A DNA stretch of 62,953 bases, counting the filler, from Chiloscyllium plagiosum (lineage: Eukaryota), in assembly GCF_004010195.1 (NCBI RefSeq). It is 4 parts of one record of this genome, joined end to end, with 100 filler letters (N's around TTAATTAATTAA, not from the genome) between each part and the next. Parts side by side here need not be neighbours in the genome. Positions count along the whole stretch, not along the records: positions 10,297 to 42,022 come from NC_057715.1; 3 more parts are not named here. The stretch is one strand, 5' to 3'. The translations under genes and the position numbers were made by a program. Within the stretch, counting starts at the first letter, position 1, and every line of letters starts with the position of its first letter. The notes under the pieces are model-generated. The model ran no database searches and had not been told where the DNA came from. It saw only the letters and a program-made list of their open reading frames with translations. This document shows positions 12,400 to 25,171 of this stretch, piece by piece.

Positions 12400-12660
12400 C
12401 AGGTGCCAATGCTCCCAGCACAGGCAGAGGATTAGTTTCATTGACATTATTAAGCACCAGTGAATCTGGTACGCTGTGTTGATATTTGCAGCTTCCCAAT
12501 GAACCAGGTAAGCTATATTGCCAGTGGCAGTCAAAGTCACCACAGCCTTGAATTTTTTTGACTCCTGTTACGTCTGGGGAATCTGCTCACAACAGAAGCT
12601 CGCAATCTTCATTGCAGAATAGCATCTCCCAGCTGGCATCACTTATTATACTGTTGAGTC
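12400..12660 (+). pseudogene. PIF/Harbinger transposase remnant (element may extend ~11.75-15.5 kb)
   Basis: Hand translation RQRISFIDIIKHQ and LPVAVKVTTALNFFDS resembles the HARBI1-like N-terminal motif LPVxxKVxxALxFFASG. Confidence 0.6.
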
Positions 12661-13959
12661 CTGTTGGAATGTGAGACCCTTCGATTTTCTGCATTGGCAG
12701 CATCTCCATCAGTGTAGGCATTGATTTAGCAGAGGCTTTGGAGCTCTTGTTGACTAACTGGAAAGTCAGTCGAGAGTCAAACTGCCTTGTTTTGCAAATG
12801 TGTGATGAACCATGAACTAATCAGGCAGTAATATGACGAACAACGTGCCTCTCAACAGAACTGGGACCCAGGGTAATGTGATCACTTGCTGCTAGCATAA
12901 TGTTCTTCATGGTTTTCAACATGTTAATGCATGTAACCACAGAGATTTGGATTCATATTGAGTCAAGTATCTGATAGTTTATTAACAAATAACAATGAAA
13001 ACTGATATGACATCGCAGGATGATACACAGAGTCTGGGTTATGTGCTTTCTATGATTACTGTTATATTTCATACATAATTGACTGGCTGCTTACATAGTT
13101 CCTGACTGATTGAATGAGAGTATGATTAAGATCTCTTATGCTAGAGTGTTACATAATGTGATATCATATAGCAGTCTTAAGGTATAGTGCTTTTCTGAGA
13201 CCTCACCTGACTGGTAACACATGATAGTCAGGATGACTAAACATTGGAGCTTTGAAATAAGTTAATGCAGACATATTAATGTAAAAGTTAAGAACAGGAA
13301 TAGGTCATTCAGTCCCTTAAGCCTGCTCCACGACTTGACAAGATTATGGCTGATCTAATCATCATCTTAATCCACTGCCCTGCCTATTCCTAATACCCAT
13401 GACTCCCTAGCCTTAAAAGTATTTCATCTTCTGGTCTCTACTACTTTCCACAACATGAAACTACAAACTGTCTTCCTACCTTTTCTGAACACTCCTCTGT
13501 AATGCTCCTCTGTGGTTTCAGCAAAGCCAGAATCAGGCTGCTCACTCCCATGTTCTGTCTGCTCAGGTGTTCTTAGATGTCCTCTGGGTTTCAGCGCATG
13601 TTAAGGTCCTGAGAAAGTCTGCCTGCCAGTATCCCAAGTTTCAACAGCTGTGTACACGGAGCAGGCAGTGGATGATCCTGTTTTCTCTGAGAGGGTCTCT
13701 TCACTGCTCTATCTGCCTCTAACTCTTGCTCACCTGCTGATGTGTGACTTACCATGGAACAATCCAACAAAGTATCTTAGAGGCTCCAGTGAAGTGCTGA
13801 TGGAGCCTGTGCTTGAATTTCGCGATGGTGCCTCCTCAGATTAAGTAGCCTGTAGTGGAAAGTCTGATTCATCCTCAATCACCAGCTGCCTAGTGTCACT
13901 TAAAAGGTCTGTGGAGAAGGAGACACGTATTAGAGTGGATTGGGTGCAACTATTTAAAT

Positions 13960-14515
13960 TCATACAGTCAGATTTATACAGTATAGAAATTAACTCTTCT
14001 GTCTAACTCATCCATGCCGACAAGACATCCCAGTTTGACTACTCCCATTTACCAGCATTTGGCCCATGTTCCTCTAAAGCCTTTCTATTCATATATCTAA
14101 CTAGATATCTTTTAAATGTTGTAATTGTACCAGCCTCTACCACTACCTCTGGCAGCTCTTTCCATATGTGCACCACTCTCTGCGTGTAAAAGTTACCTCT
14201 TAGGTCCTTTTTAAACCTTTCCCCTCTCACTTTAAACCTAGTTTTGGACTCCCCCACCTTAGAAAAAGACCTTGGCTAATCACCCTATCCATGTCCTTCA
14301 TGATCTTATAAACCTCTCTAAAGTAACCCTTCAGCGTTTGATGTTCCACGGGAAAAAAGCCCCAGCCTATTCCGCCTCTTTTTATACTTCAAACCCTCCA
14401 GTCCTGGCAACACCTTTGTCAATTTTTTCTGCACCCTGTCAAGTTTAACAATATTCTTCCTATAGAGCGGCGATCAAAATTGTATGAAGTGGCCTCACTA
14501 ATCTCCTGAGACAGC
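13960..14515 (-). mobile_element. CR1 LINE 3' fragment
   Basis: ORF 14039..14257 FKVRGERFKKDLRGNFYTQRVVHIWKELP. Confidence 0.9.
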
Positions 14516-15689
14516 ATGTCATAAAGTAGATCCCCATAACTCACTGGCTGCTAGCACAGAGTTAATGTGGGTAAAGGTTGTATGCCCTGAGGCTATGTGG
14601 CATTAAATTCTGCCACCAATAATTAGGGAAACCATTACCCCCACCATCTCTCCAATGCCAATGACCATGCATGTTAAAGCTTTGCTTATCTGCGGCACTT
14701 TGTCCTTCACTGCCATCAGAGTAGTTGCAGCTGGAGGGCCACTTAGTCTCAGCCTCTTGTTTCAAGAGAGAAAGGAAAGAGTCATAAGTGTGATAATTGG
14801 ATTGTGTTGAGAGGGCAGATAGACAACTTTCATCGATGGTCAAGATGTGAGACAAGAAGTAAGATCTTCTTGTGAGATCTGTGAGTACTGTGAGATCCAA
14901 TGGGAGCTGAACAGCTGTGGATGTGAGGATGTGCCTCAGCAGAACTGAATGGGTGTGCCAGTAAATTGTGTTGGTTTGACTTGCGTATTTCAGTCGAACT
15001 CTGGAAAATCCAGAGTGAGTTGCCAATTGAATGCACTCTTAGCCATTTTAGCTTTATGATGTTGTTGAACAAAAGACCACATTCCATGTGTATGTGGTTG
15101 CCAAGACCGCCTTATCCTGCAAACTCCTGGGAGCAAATGGCTTTTCAGCTCCTTATAGACCACAGCATGAGGCCTTGTTGTGCCTTAGACAACAGTGGGA
15201 CCACCTTCCTTCAATGAAACTCCATCCCCTCAGGCAATACTTTGGTTACAGAATTAATCATGACACCATCTGTCACTTGTAAGTTCAATTACATTTTTTG
15301 CAGGGTCCTTTGAAAAGTTAATGATCAGATTATGGGTCATTATCATGTCCGCCTGCATTAATAGTTCAGGAAACCTGGAAGAGAGATGTTAATGCTGTTG
15401 TTCAAAACGGAGCACTGAAAAATGGGCTCTGCAAAATTGTGGGTTCCTGTCCTGCTGCAGGGTCTCATACACTTTGTATGGTCCAAATGTTAAAATTCAG
15501 CATGGTTATCTTTAAAAAATTACTGTGTAATAATGCTATTGAAATGATCAATACTTCAGTCTAAATTTCCTTCCTCTGTTATTTGAGTGGACTATTTATT
15601 TAAAATGGTTAAACCCATACAATAAGATAACAGGGGAAGGGATACTGTTTAACATGATTCCTGAATGGTATTAACTTGAAACTGAAAGA

Positions 15690-16530
15690 ACCAGACTCAA
15701 AATAAAGAACTGTCCATTCAAGACACAGGGGATGAGGAAATTGTTCTCTCAGAGGGCAAGAAAACTGTGGAATGCCTTACCACTTTTGGAATGGTGTGTG
15801 CAATTCTGGTCTCCCTCCTCGAGGAAGGATGTTGTGAAACTTAGAAAGTGTTCAGAAAAAATTTACAATGATGTTGCCAGGATTGGAGGGTTTGAGCTGG
15901 GAGAGGCGAAATAGGCTGGAGCTATTTTCCCTGGAGTGTCAGAGGCTGAGGGTGACCTTATAGAGGTTTATAAAATCATGAGGGACATGGATAGGATAAA
16001 TAGACAAAGTCAGTTCCCTCGGTTGTGGGAGTCCAGAGCTGGAGGGCATAGGTGTAGGATTAGAGGGGAAAGATTTAAAAGGGATCTCAGGGGCAACTTT
16101 TTCACGCAAACTGTGGTGTGTATGGAATGAGCTGCCAGAGGACGTGGTGGTGGCTGGTACAGTTACACATTTAACAGATATCTGGATGGGTATATAAAAA
16201 TGAAGGGTTCAAAGGGAAATTGGCCAAGTGCTGGCAAATGAGACTAGATTAATTTTAGAATATCTTGTCAGCTTGGACGAGTTGGACTAAAGGGCCTGTT
16301 TCTGTGCTGTACATCTCTATGACTCTATGACTCAATGACAGAGGGCTATCAACACTGAGCCATTAAGTATAATTAAGGTTGAAATAGGCATGTTTCCCAG
16401 TAAGGGAATCAAGGGTTACGGGGAAAAGATAAGAAAGGGTAATTGAGAATTATCAAATCAGCCATGATCTCATTGAATGGCAGATCAGACTTGATGAGTT
16501 AAATGATCTATTTCCACTTGTCTTTTGTCC
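15690..16530 (+). mobile_element. Two nested CR1 3' fragments (15779-16333 inserted into an older copy)
   Basis: LFSQRARKLWNALP is broken by LEWCVQFWSP...; a (CTATGACT)n-like tail at ~16317-16333 is followed by resumption of the older 3' end. Confidence 0.8.
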
Positions 16531-17949
16531 TATGGCCAGATTTTCTGGTATTTGGATTGGTGATGCATAATGAACATAAATGGACATAAATGACTGATGA
16601 TTATTAGTATCCTCATGAAGACTGCACTGTAATGACCTCAGAAGTTGCATTTCTAATAAGCTGATTTGCATTGCTCTAGCATTCCCTCTGTTAATGTCTC
16701 TTACATTGATATTATTGTCAGAGGCTTGACCTAAATATGTGTTACTTACCCAAATTCTTACCCTAGAATTGTTGCATATTTGATCTCTGGTGAAACACAG
16801 TGATAGAGAATTTAACATAACCCTTCCCCCTCCCACCCCTCCCACACACACACAAGCACCTCACTCCCACCTTTCATACCTTCACACCTTCAATCAATGC
16901 TTGAGCCAATCTCTCACCCCACTGATGCAGCATCTCACCACTATCATTTGAGCCAATGACCCATCCACAAGCCAACCAATCAACTACCCCAACCTGACTA
17001 TCTTCTCCTGACCAGATTACACATGCCTCAGCATCCCAAAGTATCTCCTGAAGGGATCCTTCACTTTCTAACCTATATCCGCCAACCTGAACAACTATCC
17101 AACCCTTACACCCTCAACCATCCCTAACCTACCAATCTATCACCTGACACAATCACCAGTCTGACCATCACCCGACAACCTACTCATCAATTAACTCTCC
17201 CACCTATCCACTCGGTCATAAGATGTGCATCCACCCACTCTCTCAGTTACCTAACCATCCACTCTTGGTAGAGTTGAATTTTATATGTGCCCTTCAAACA
17301 GTCTATGGATTCACATTGAAAACTTTGAATTTTGTGGGATAGGTTTTGACGCAGGAGGCAGGAAGTTTGAGTTGAGTAATTTCCCATTGCAATTGACCCC
17401 TGTCCTTTTAAAGGCCCCTGCCATAGACTCACCACCTCCAAGAACAAGAGTGAAGTAGGAACAGAAGTGGCCAGTTGGCCAAGCCTAATATGAAATGTAA
17501 GAATATAAATCTATATCATATAAATTTATAAGAAATATTCCTTTTGTTTATCAGCAAAACTTTAGTGATAAATGTCAAAACCTCAAACCCTTCTATGTCC
17601 TCCGAACACAAACTATGCTATCATGCATCTGCTTAGCTTATTCTTCATTGCTGACCTAGCATCCACTATGGAGAGTCCTTCAGGGTCATGTAATAGCAAC
17701 AGAAAGGCTTCAAAACGAAGATTATCAAGAAATTAAGCTTTCAACAATGTCAGAGAGTCTTCAATCAAAAACACAATCATTCATATTGAAAGAAAGAGAA
17801 ATTCCTCAATTAGACATTCTTGCGTAAAATGTAAATATCTATTAAGTAGCTATCTCAAAAAAATCATTCTGTAATAACCTCAAAACTATCAATCAAAGTA
17901 TGTTTGCAAGATCTGCTAAGATGTGATTTTCCAGATTTTGAAACTCGAC

Positions 17950-18170
17950 CAGGCATTCATTTATCTGTGGAATTCCCACCCACTGTGGAAAGCTGTGGAG
18001 GCCAAGTCATTGAATATATTCAAGAAAACAATTCCTTTAGGTTTTAAAGGCAAGTAGAGTATGGAGATAATATGACATCAAGGTAGAGGAAAAGTCATGA
18101 TCATACTAAATGGCCAAGCAGGCACAAGGGGTGGAATGGTCTACTCCTGGTCTTACTTTCTATGTTTCTA
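17950..18170 (+). mobile_element. Old CR1 3' end
   Basis: CTGTGGAATTC...GCTGTGGAGGCCAAGTCATTGAATATATTCAAG and a TCTATGTTTCTA tail. Confidence 0.65.
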
Positions 18171-18757
18171 CATTTTACAATAAGTGTTTGTCCAGATTTT
18201 GAACCTCATTCAAGCATTCATAATGGGCTGAGCTTTCAAAGCAATTAGTTATAGCTCCAACACAGTCTATTGAAACTAAGAATTCAGATCCTCTTTTCCG
18301 CCTATTTCAAAGGAAATGACTTGTCAATTAAAGCATTCCAGGAGCATATAGATTTTGTTTTGCTCACTTGGAACTAAGATTCCTCCATGGTCTGTACTTC
18401 ACTGAAGCATCATTTTTAATTTTTTGAATAATGTATTATTTCTGCCATAATTGTCTCTGAACCTGAAGGTAATGATGATATTTGCAGACCCGAGGCGTAT
18501 CATGTCTATTGTACTTTCTTTTTGGCCATGTAAAACATGCCTGAACTGGGTGACTGCTGTTTGAAATTGGTTTCCATGAAATTAATAATAGTTTATTTAT
18601 TTCTAAGGATCTCTTTAAAAAAATTATTGATCCTTTATTATTGTTTAATTTGATTAAAGAACTATTATTTTCTTTGCAAACTGAACAGTCATTTGGAGAA
18701 AGTTTCTGAACTAAAATAAAGCAGTTATGCATTAAATATTAATTTGTTCATTAAAGC

Positions 18758-19211
18758 AAGAAAGAATTGCACTTGTTTAGCACATTTCATGCCCACCAGA
18801 TTTCTCAAATCTCTTTATAGCCAAAGATTTACTTTTGGATTATGTTCACTGTTTTAAAGTAGAAAGCGTAGCAACCAATGTTAAAGCATCAAACTTCTGC
18901 AAACAGCAGTTTAATAATAACCAGATGTTGACTGATGCATAAGTATTAGCCAGGACATAAGGGATATCTGCTGTTTGTTGCAAGACCACCATGGGAGCTT
19001 TTGCATCCATCAAGCAGGCAGTTGGGAACTCGGTATGATATCTTGTCTAGAAGACAGCATGTCCACCAGCACAGGGCTCCCTCAGTAGAGCACTGCATCA
19101 TCCACCTTGACTTTTGCCCGTAAGCTGTGGATTGTAAGCTGTGAAGGGGAGCTTGAACCAAGAACTTTGTAATTCAGAGATGAAAATGTTATACACTGTG
19201 TCCCAGCTGAT
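18758..19211 (-). mobile_element. Deu-domain SINE (SacSINE1/AmnSINE1-like), old
   Basis: Minus strand has a tRNA-like head (TGGTTCAAGCTCC), then GAGGGAGCCCTGTGCTG...AAAAGCTCCCATGG...GTCCTGGCTAATACTTAT...GCTGTTTG, resembling the Deu core as I recall it. Confidence 0.65.
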
Positions 19212-19539
19212 GCCTGCTGATGATAGTTTGATGTATTTTGACAGAGATCCTCTCTAGTAAATGACAGTGTTTTAGTTATAAATTTAAATAACAAATATTG
19301 ATGGTGTCACTTTGAAGCATATCATGGGTGATTTATGACTTTTCTTAAGGAAAATGACTTTCATTTAGTTGCCAGTTAGTGAACCACTTATAGTAGTCAG
19401 TTGAGAAACATTATGAAGGTGAACTGAAAAGTACTTTGAATCATAACTCGAAAGCATTTGATGGTAAAGATTAGTGATAGGATCTGTAATGTTGCATACA
19501 ATGGTTCAGTTTGCTATACTCTGCTCAGCTTCAGTTAAT

Positions 19540-20400
19540 TTTGGCATGCAGAGAAATCTGGCCATACACGTTCACAGATCCCTGAAAGTGGCAACACAGG
19601 TGAATAAATGGCCAAGAAGGCATACAGCATTCATGTCTTCATCGGCTGGGGCATGGAATATAAAAGTTGACAAGTTATGTTAGAGCTTATATTCTGGCTT
19701 ATGCCCAAAACGTCGATTCTCCTGCTCCTTGGATGCTGCCTTACCTGCTGTGCTTTTCCAGCAACACATTTTTCAGCTCTGATCTCCAGCATCTGCAGTC
19801 CTCACTTTCTCCAAGTTATGTTAGAGCTGTACAAAACTTTAGTTTGGCCACATTTGGAATCTTGCATGCAGTTCTGGTTGCTACACCACTAGCAGGATGT
19901 GGATGCTTTGGAGAGGGTGCAGAAAAGGTTTATCAGGATGTTGCCTGGCCTGGAGGGTTTTAGTTATGAGGAGAGGTTGAATAAACTTGGATTGTTTTCA
20001 CTGCAAAGGCAAAGGCTGAGGGGGTGACTTGGTAAGAGGTCGACAAAATTAGGAAGGGCATATATACAAGTCAGAGGCTTTTTTCCCAGGGTGGAAAGGT
20101 CAACTACAAGAGGGCACAGATTGATGGTGAGAAGGGGAAACATTCAGGAAAACATAGGGGAGAAGTTCAGGAAAACATTTTCACACAGAGGGTGTTGAGT
20201 GCCTGAAGCACACTGCCAGTGCAGATGGTGGAAGCATGCATGTTACCGACGTTTAAGGCATATCTTGAGAGAATCATGAATGTGAGGTGAACAGAGGGAT
20301 AGAAATTGTGCATGGCCAATAGGTAGCAGGTCTAAATAAGGAATTGGAATCAGCGCAGGCTTGGTAGGCCGAAGGACCTATTCCTGTATCCTGTTGTATT
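19540..20400 (+). mobile_element. CR1 LINE 3' fragment carrying a PLE-terminus insertion
   Basis: MLELYKTLVWPHLESCMQFW motif; insertion at 19688-19811. Confidence 0.85.
19688..19811 (+). mobile_element. Short PLE-terminus insertion (ribozyme 5' half missing)
   Basis: CAAGTTATGTTAGAGCT duplicated at 19671-19687 and 19812-19828; element ends CTCACTTTCTCC. Confidence 0.85.
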
Positions 20401-23400
20401 ATGTGATTGTATTACACTAATTTATGATCTTGGGATATTTTAAATAGCCTTCCATTTCCTTTTTTGTCCTTCCTGAAGGTTTATGTGCATGCAGAGCTCA
20501 CAGACATTGACACTCTCTGATTCCTCACCATAGTGATCTAACTTCCCTCTTCTGATCTAGACAATAGGAAGCTGATCCTGCATTCGTCAAGCATTGTGGT
20601 TATCTAACAGGACTAACTAGACAATGATAAGAATCTCACCAGTTTTGGCCCCTTGCAATTAAGGCATTACTCCAATTGCCATTCCACATTGGAAAGTGAA
20701 GCTGGATCTGTTTAAACTAATTCTGTTTTTCATTCACCTTCATGGAAGCTGAGTAAACTTGGGCCTTTCAACAATGATGGAATTAAAGGTTTATTTTAAG
20801 AATTATTGAATTTGACATATTCAAGTCTGTCCAGACTTGGATTATTAAGCTATTGAACTTAAACAAGGTCAAAAATTGTTTTTGTTCTCTAATTGCGATC
20901 ACATCTTGTTCAAATTTGCAATAATTGACCTGGAACCATAGCTGCAAGATTACTTTAATTGTCTGGACTAAATATTTGTAATCTTTACTTCAACTTTCTT
21001 CCTTTCACACTTTGCTGAAAATGAACTATATTCATCATTTCCTGGTAAGTAACATTGGCTCCCCTAATGTTCTGCAAGGTACATACGACAAAATCAATAT
21101 TCATAAATATATGGTTAAATTTCTGTCACTTTCTAATTACTTTGTTTGCATTTTCAGGTTTTTTTTGGGATATTTGTAATGTCTGATTAAACAAGTGTTA
21201 TTTCCTTACAACATCCAAACCTTTTAGGGCAGATTTCAATGGGAATGTTCTACATTAGCACTGACTTATCATTGCTCATGAAATAAACAATTCTCAGTAG
21301 GTGGGCGTTTGTATTAATGCTCCACATTGGCTTTAAATTCTTTGCATTCCATCCAGTTTATCATTACAAACTATTGATCATTTTAATATCACAAACAAGC
21401 ATATCTTATTGTGAATGCTTATAGGATCTTATTGCCATTATATATGTTACCCATAAAATACCTAATTTATATAATGCTCAAATGCAACTACATTTTATCT
21501 TACATTTTAGATTATTGAAGGTTATTCAGTAAATAACTCTGATGGTATATTTAGTAATTAACTGTGCAATATCCAGTCATGGTCAAATGTTGTAACATTG
21601 TGACAATTGTAACTTAATTTGGACATCTTTGTCATGTTGAATACAAAGAGTTTTCAGAATGACAACAGTTATGTGCAATTTAACAAAATTTTGTCCATTA
21701 GAAATGCTAAATAAACATCCATGGAACATTGGCAATAAGTGCCTAGGGATAATCTGGATTTGTAGAAAAATTGTACATGATTGAGTTGATGTTTAAATCA
21801 CAATATAAAGTTGAATTAGATCACTTATAAGTTTCTGTTGGTACATCTTTCTCTATATATGTATGTTTTTAACACCAATGATCTGATGATTGGTGCACAG
21901 ACAGATGCAAATTCAATAAATAAAATATATACTTTCTAATTTAAACATTCTTTTACTTTGTGCATTTATCCTTGCAGTATAGATTATCTGATGTAATTTA
22001 AAAGTTGAATGACTTATGCAACAATGATAAGACTCCCTACATTAAAGTAAATTCAACGATTGTCATTTTTTTTAATTACAGGGAAATGATACACATTACT
22101 CTGATTAGTCTGATATATCTTATTATCTTGGAGATATTGAACAAAGCTGGTTGATAAAGTTCTAGAATTATATTCGGTAAATTAACTCTGGCAATACTAA
22201 ACAATGCAACACATTATTTCTCAACATCTGATGGCATGTTCAGTACATAGAGAATACATACAAGGCTGTGTATGCAGCAGATGCACCACAGAGAAACTAA
22301 GCCTGTTACAAGCTGAGGTCATAACACTCAACCTCAACATGTTGCAAAGCACAAATTTCAGCATATTAGAGATCACAGAACTGGCATGCACTGACCCCTA
22401 TTAAAACGTTAAGTTAAGCTTTTCAGTTTCTGAACTGAATCTGAAAATACTTTTTGAGGCTGTCCTCACAGTTTTAGCTAAATTCAGCTTTTGCTGTGTC
22501 TTTTTCTTTGCCATCCTGTCTACACATGCAGATTTATTTATTTTTTTGCTTTTACTCATGATCAGGTGGAAATTTCTTCCTTGTGTTATGTACAGCTTGG
22601 CTGATGTTGACAGTTGAGACTGACGGCTTGTTCAAAAGCCCGGAGCAGCCTCTTCCTATTGTACATGCAGAACTTTAATTTATTTTTTTCTGAGAGCTGA
22701 TTTGTTTTTTAAAATACAGACACTGGTGCTCTTGTGGTGCAGTGGAGTATCCCTGCCTCCTGAATTGGGGGACTGATGTTCAATTTCCATTTTCACAAGC
22801 GGTGTAAAATTATTATTCTATATACATCTCTAAGTAGGTTGGGTAAACTTTCTTACATCAGTGAACTTTCTGTCTGGTGCAATGCTATTCTAGAGCTAAG
22901 TGTCCTTGTGTAGTATTATAGAATAATAATTGCCTAAGAATGATACTTAGGTGATATTTTGACAAAATCTTTGTTTTGAAAACTCCAACAGGTGAGCAAT
23001 ACTTCCAGGATTAAAATAGAGTCCTCAAAAAACATAGCATGAATGAAATGCAGCATTGATCCAAGCAGTTTACTGCTATCACTTATGAGGATTATACTGT
23101 TGTCATTTTAATAATTTCCTGCCTGATGTAACCCTTGTATAAATGGAGAATGAAGTCATTTTATTCAAAACAGATTTTTATCTTGGCTCTTCAAAATTAT
23201 CTTCAGTGAACAATTTTCAGTTAATTATGATGCTCCTTTGTCAAAGAACAGTTGTGCATTATTAGTCTGAGTCATGCAGTATCATGAGCTCAGCCCTACG
23301 TCTACTGAGAGAGGCATTGAACCTAATGATGCTGAGGTTTAGTGCAGTCCTGATTTCTCTTGGCCTGTCACTGTTACATTCTGCTGTCCACAGACAACAA

Positions 23401-24193
23401 AAGAGCAATAGATCTTCTGCAGGCAATAGAATTACAATGATATATGTGCATGTAAAAATGACACAAACTACAATTGTCCTGTGCCACATTTGTGGAAATA
23501 TCCATGATTGTCCCACTGTTTAATGAAACATTTCAAAATGGCAATCACAGACCTAGTGTATGCTAGAAATGTAACTTGGAGCTAGGTTATTGACAGATTC
23601 TATGTTCTCAGCTGTTGAGCACATCCATTCCTCATTCATCAACCTCTGCTAATAGAAAAAAATGGCGATAATTGATCAGATATGACAGAAATAGTTGGAG
23701 GATCAGACAATCAATTATTGCTAGAGTTTGTAACAAAAGAAAAGATAAGAACATCTAGCTTTTTCTGCATTATTGCTTTTTCAAACTGCCATCCATTTAT
23801 TTGTTTAACTCACATTAATAGGAAAGGTAACCAGAATTATCCAGAAACAGTCTAAAATGGCTCAACTTAATGGTTCAGGTGTCTTTATCAGCTACTCTAA
23901 AACATTTACATTAAAAAAATGATGAGGGCAGAATGGTGGTCGTGATCTATAGGGGTATATGAAGTTCAGTAAGCTGTTCAACAAGGTTCACCATAGGAGA
24001 CTGATTAGCAAGATTAGATCTCATGGAACAAAGGGGGAACTAACCTTTTGAATATGGAACTGACTTGAAGGCAGAAGACAGAATGTGGTGGTAGAAGGTT
24101 GCTTTTCAGACCATTAGAGTGCCAGAAGGATTAGTGCTGGGTCCACTGCTTTTTGTCATTTATATAAATGATTTGAATGTGAATATAGGAGGC

Positions 24194-24409
24194 ATAGTTA
24201 GTAAGTTTGCAGATGACATCAAAATTGGAGGTGTAGTGGATAGTGAAGAAGGTTACTTCAGAGTACAATGGAATCGAGATCTTCCACACTGTAATGTAAT
24301 CTGTAATCTGTAAAATCTGTAATAGTTAGTAAGTTTGCAGATGACATCAAAATTGGAGGTGTAGTGGATAGTGAAGAAGGTTACTTCAGAGTACAATGGA
24401 ATCGAGATC
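24194..24409 (+). repeat. Perfect 88-bp direct duplication flanking a 40-bp SINE/LINE tail
   Basis: 24194-24281 equals 24322-24409; spacer TTCCACACTGTAATGTAATCTGTAATCTGTAAAATCTGTA. Confidence 0.9.
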
Positions 24410-24417
24410 AGATGCGA

Positions 24418-24744
24418 TCAGATTAGATTCCCTAAAGTGTGGAAACAGGCCCTTTGGCCAAGCAAGTCCGTACTGATCCTCTGAAGAATAATCCACCTAG
24501 ACTCATTTTTCTATATTTACCCCTGACTAATGCATCTAACACTAAATTCAGTTTAGCATGGCCAATTCACCTGACCTGCACATCTTTTGGAATGTGGGAG
24601 GAAACCGGAGCATCTGGAGGAGTCCCATGCAGACATGGGGAGAATGTGCAAATGCCACACAGCCAGTTGCCCGAGGCAGGAATCAAACCCGGGTCCCTGG
24701 CACTATGAGGCAGCAGCGCTAATCACTGAGCCACTGTTTCGCCC
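24418..24744 (-). mobile_element. HE1-type V-SINE
   Basis: Reverse complement of the 47953 copy, with (AATCT)n tail. Confidence 0.9.
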
Positions 24745-24959
24745 TAAATGGGCCAATGGATTGTGGAATGGCAGATGGAGTTTAATTTAGATAAATGTGA
24801 GGTGCTGCATTTTGGAAAAGTATATCAGAAAAGGACTTATACACTTATTGTAAGGTCCTAAGAATTGTTGCTGAACAAAGAGACCTTGGAGTGCAGATTC
24901 ATAGTTCCTTGAAAATAGAGTTGCTGGTAGCTAGGAAACTGAAGAAGGCATTTGGTATG

Positions 24960-25171
24960 CTTTATTGCTGGAACAGCACAGCAGGTCAGGCAGCATCCAG
25001 GGAACAGGAGATTCGACGTTTCGGGCACAGGCCCTTCTTCAGGATTCCTGAAGAAGGGCCTGTGCCCGAAACGTCGAATCTCCTGTTCCCTGGATGCTGC
25101 CTGACCTGCTGTGCTGTTCCAGCAATAAAGTTTCAACTTTGATCTCCAGCATTTGCAGACCTCACTTTCTC
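24960..25171. mobile_element. Head-to-head PLE terminus dimer (perfect 85-bp inverted arms)
   Basis: 24960-25044 is the exact reverse complement of 25046-25130; CATTTGGTATGCTTT duplicated at 24949-24963 and 25172-25186. Confidence 0.92.
25043..25080 (+). ncRNA. Minimal type I hammerhead ribozyme motif
   Basis: GATTC-CTGAAGA-A-GGGC CTGT GCCC-GAAA-C-GTC-GAATC; 5-bp stem I; predicted cleavage after 25075. A mirror copy lies on the minus strand (~25010-25047). Confidence 0.8.

Noticed and set aside
12932..13153. Possible short solo LTR (TGTAAC...GTTACA)
   Set aside because: No clear TSD, PBS or second copy; the ends could be chance.
23284..23523. 79-aa ORF with a signal-peptide-like start
   Set aside because: No recognisable domain or splice context; the length is expected by chance.
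24858..25142. Two near-identical ORFs on opposite strands
   Set aside because: A direct consequence of the DNA palindrome; no protein evidence.
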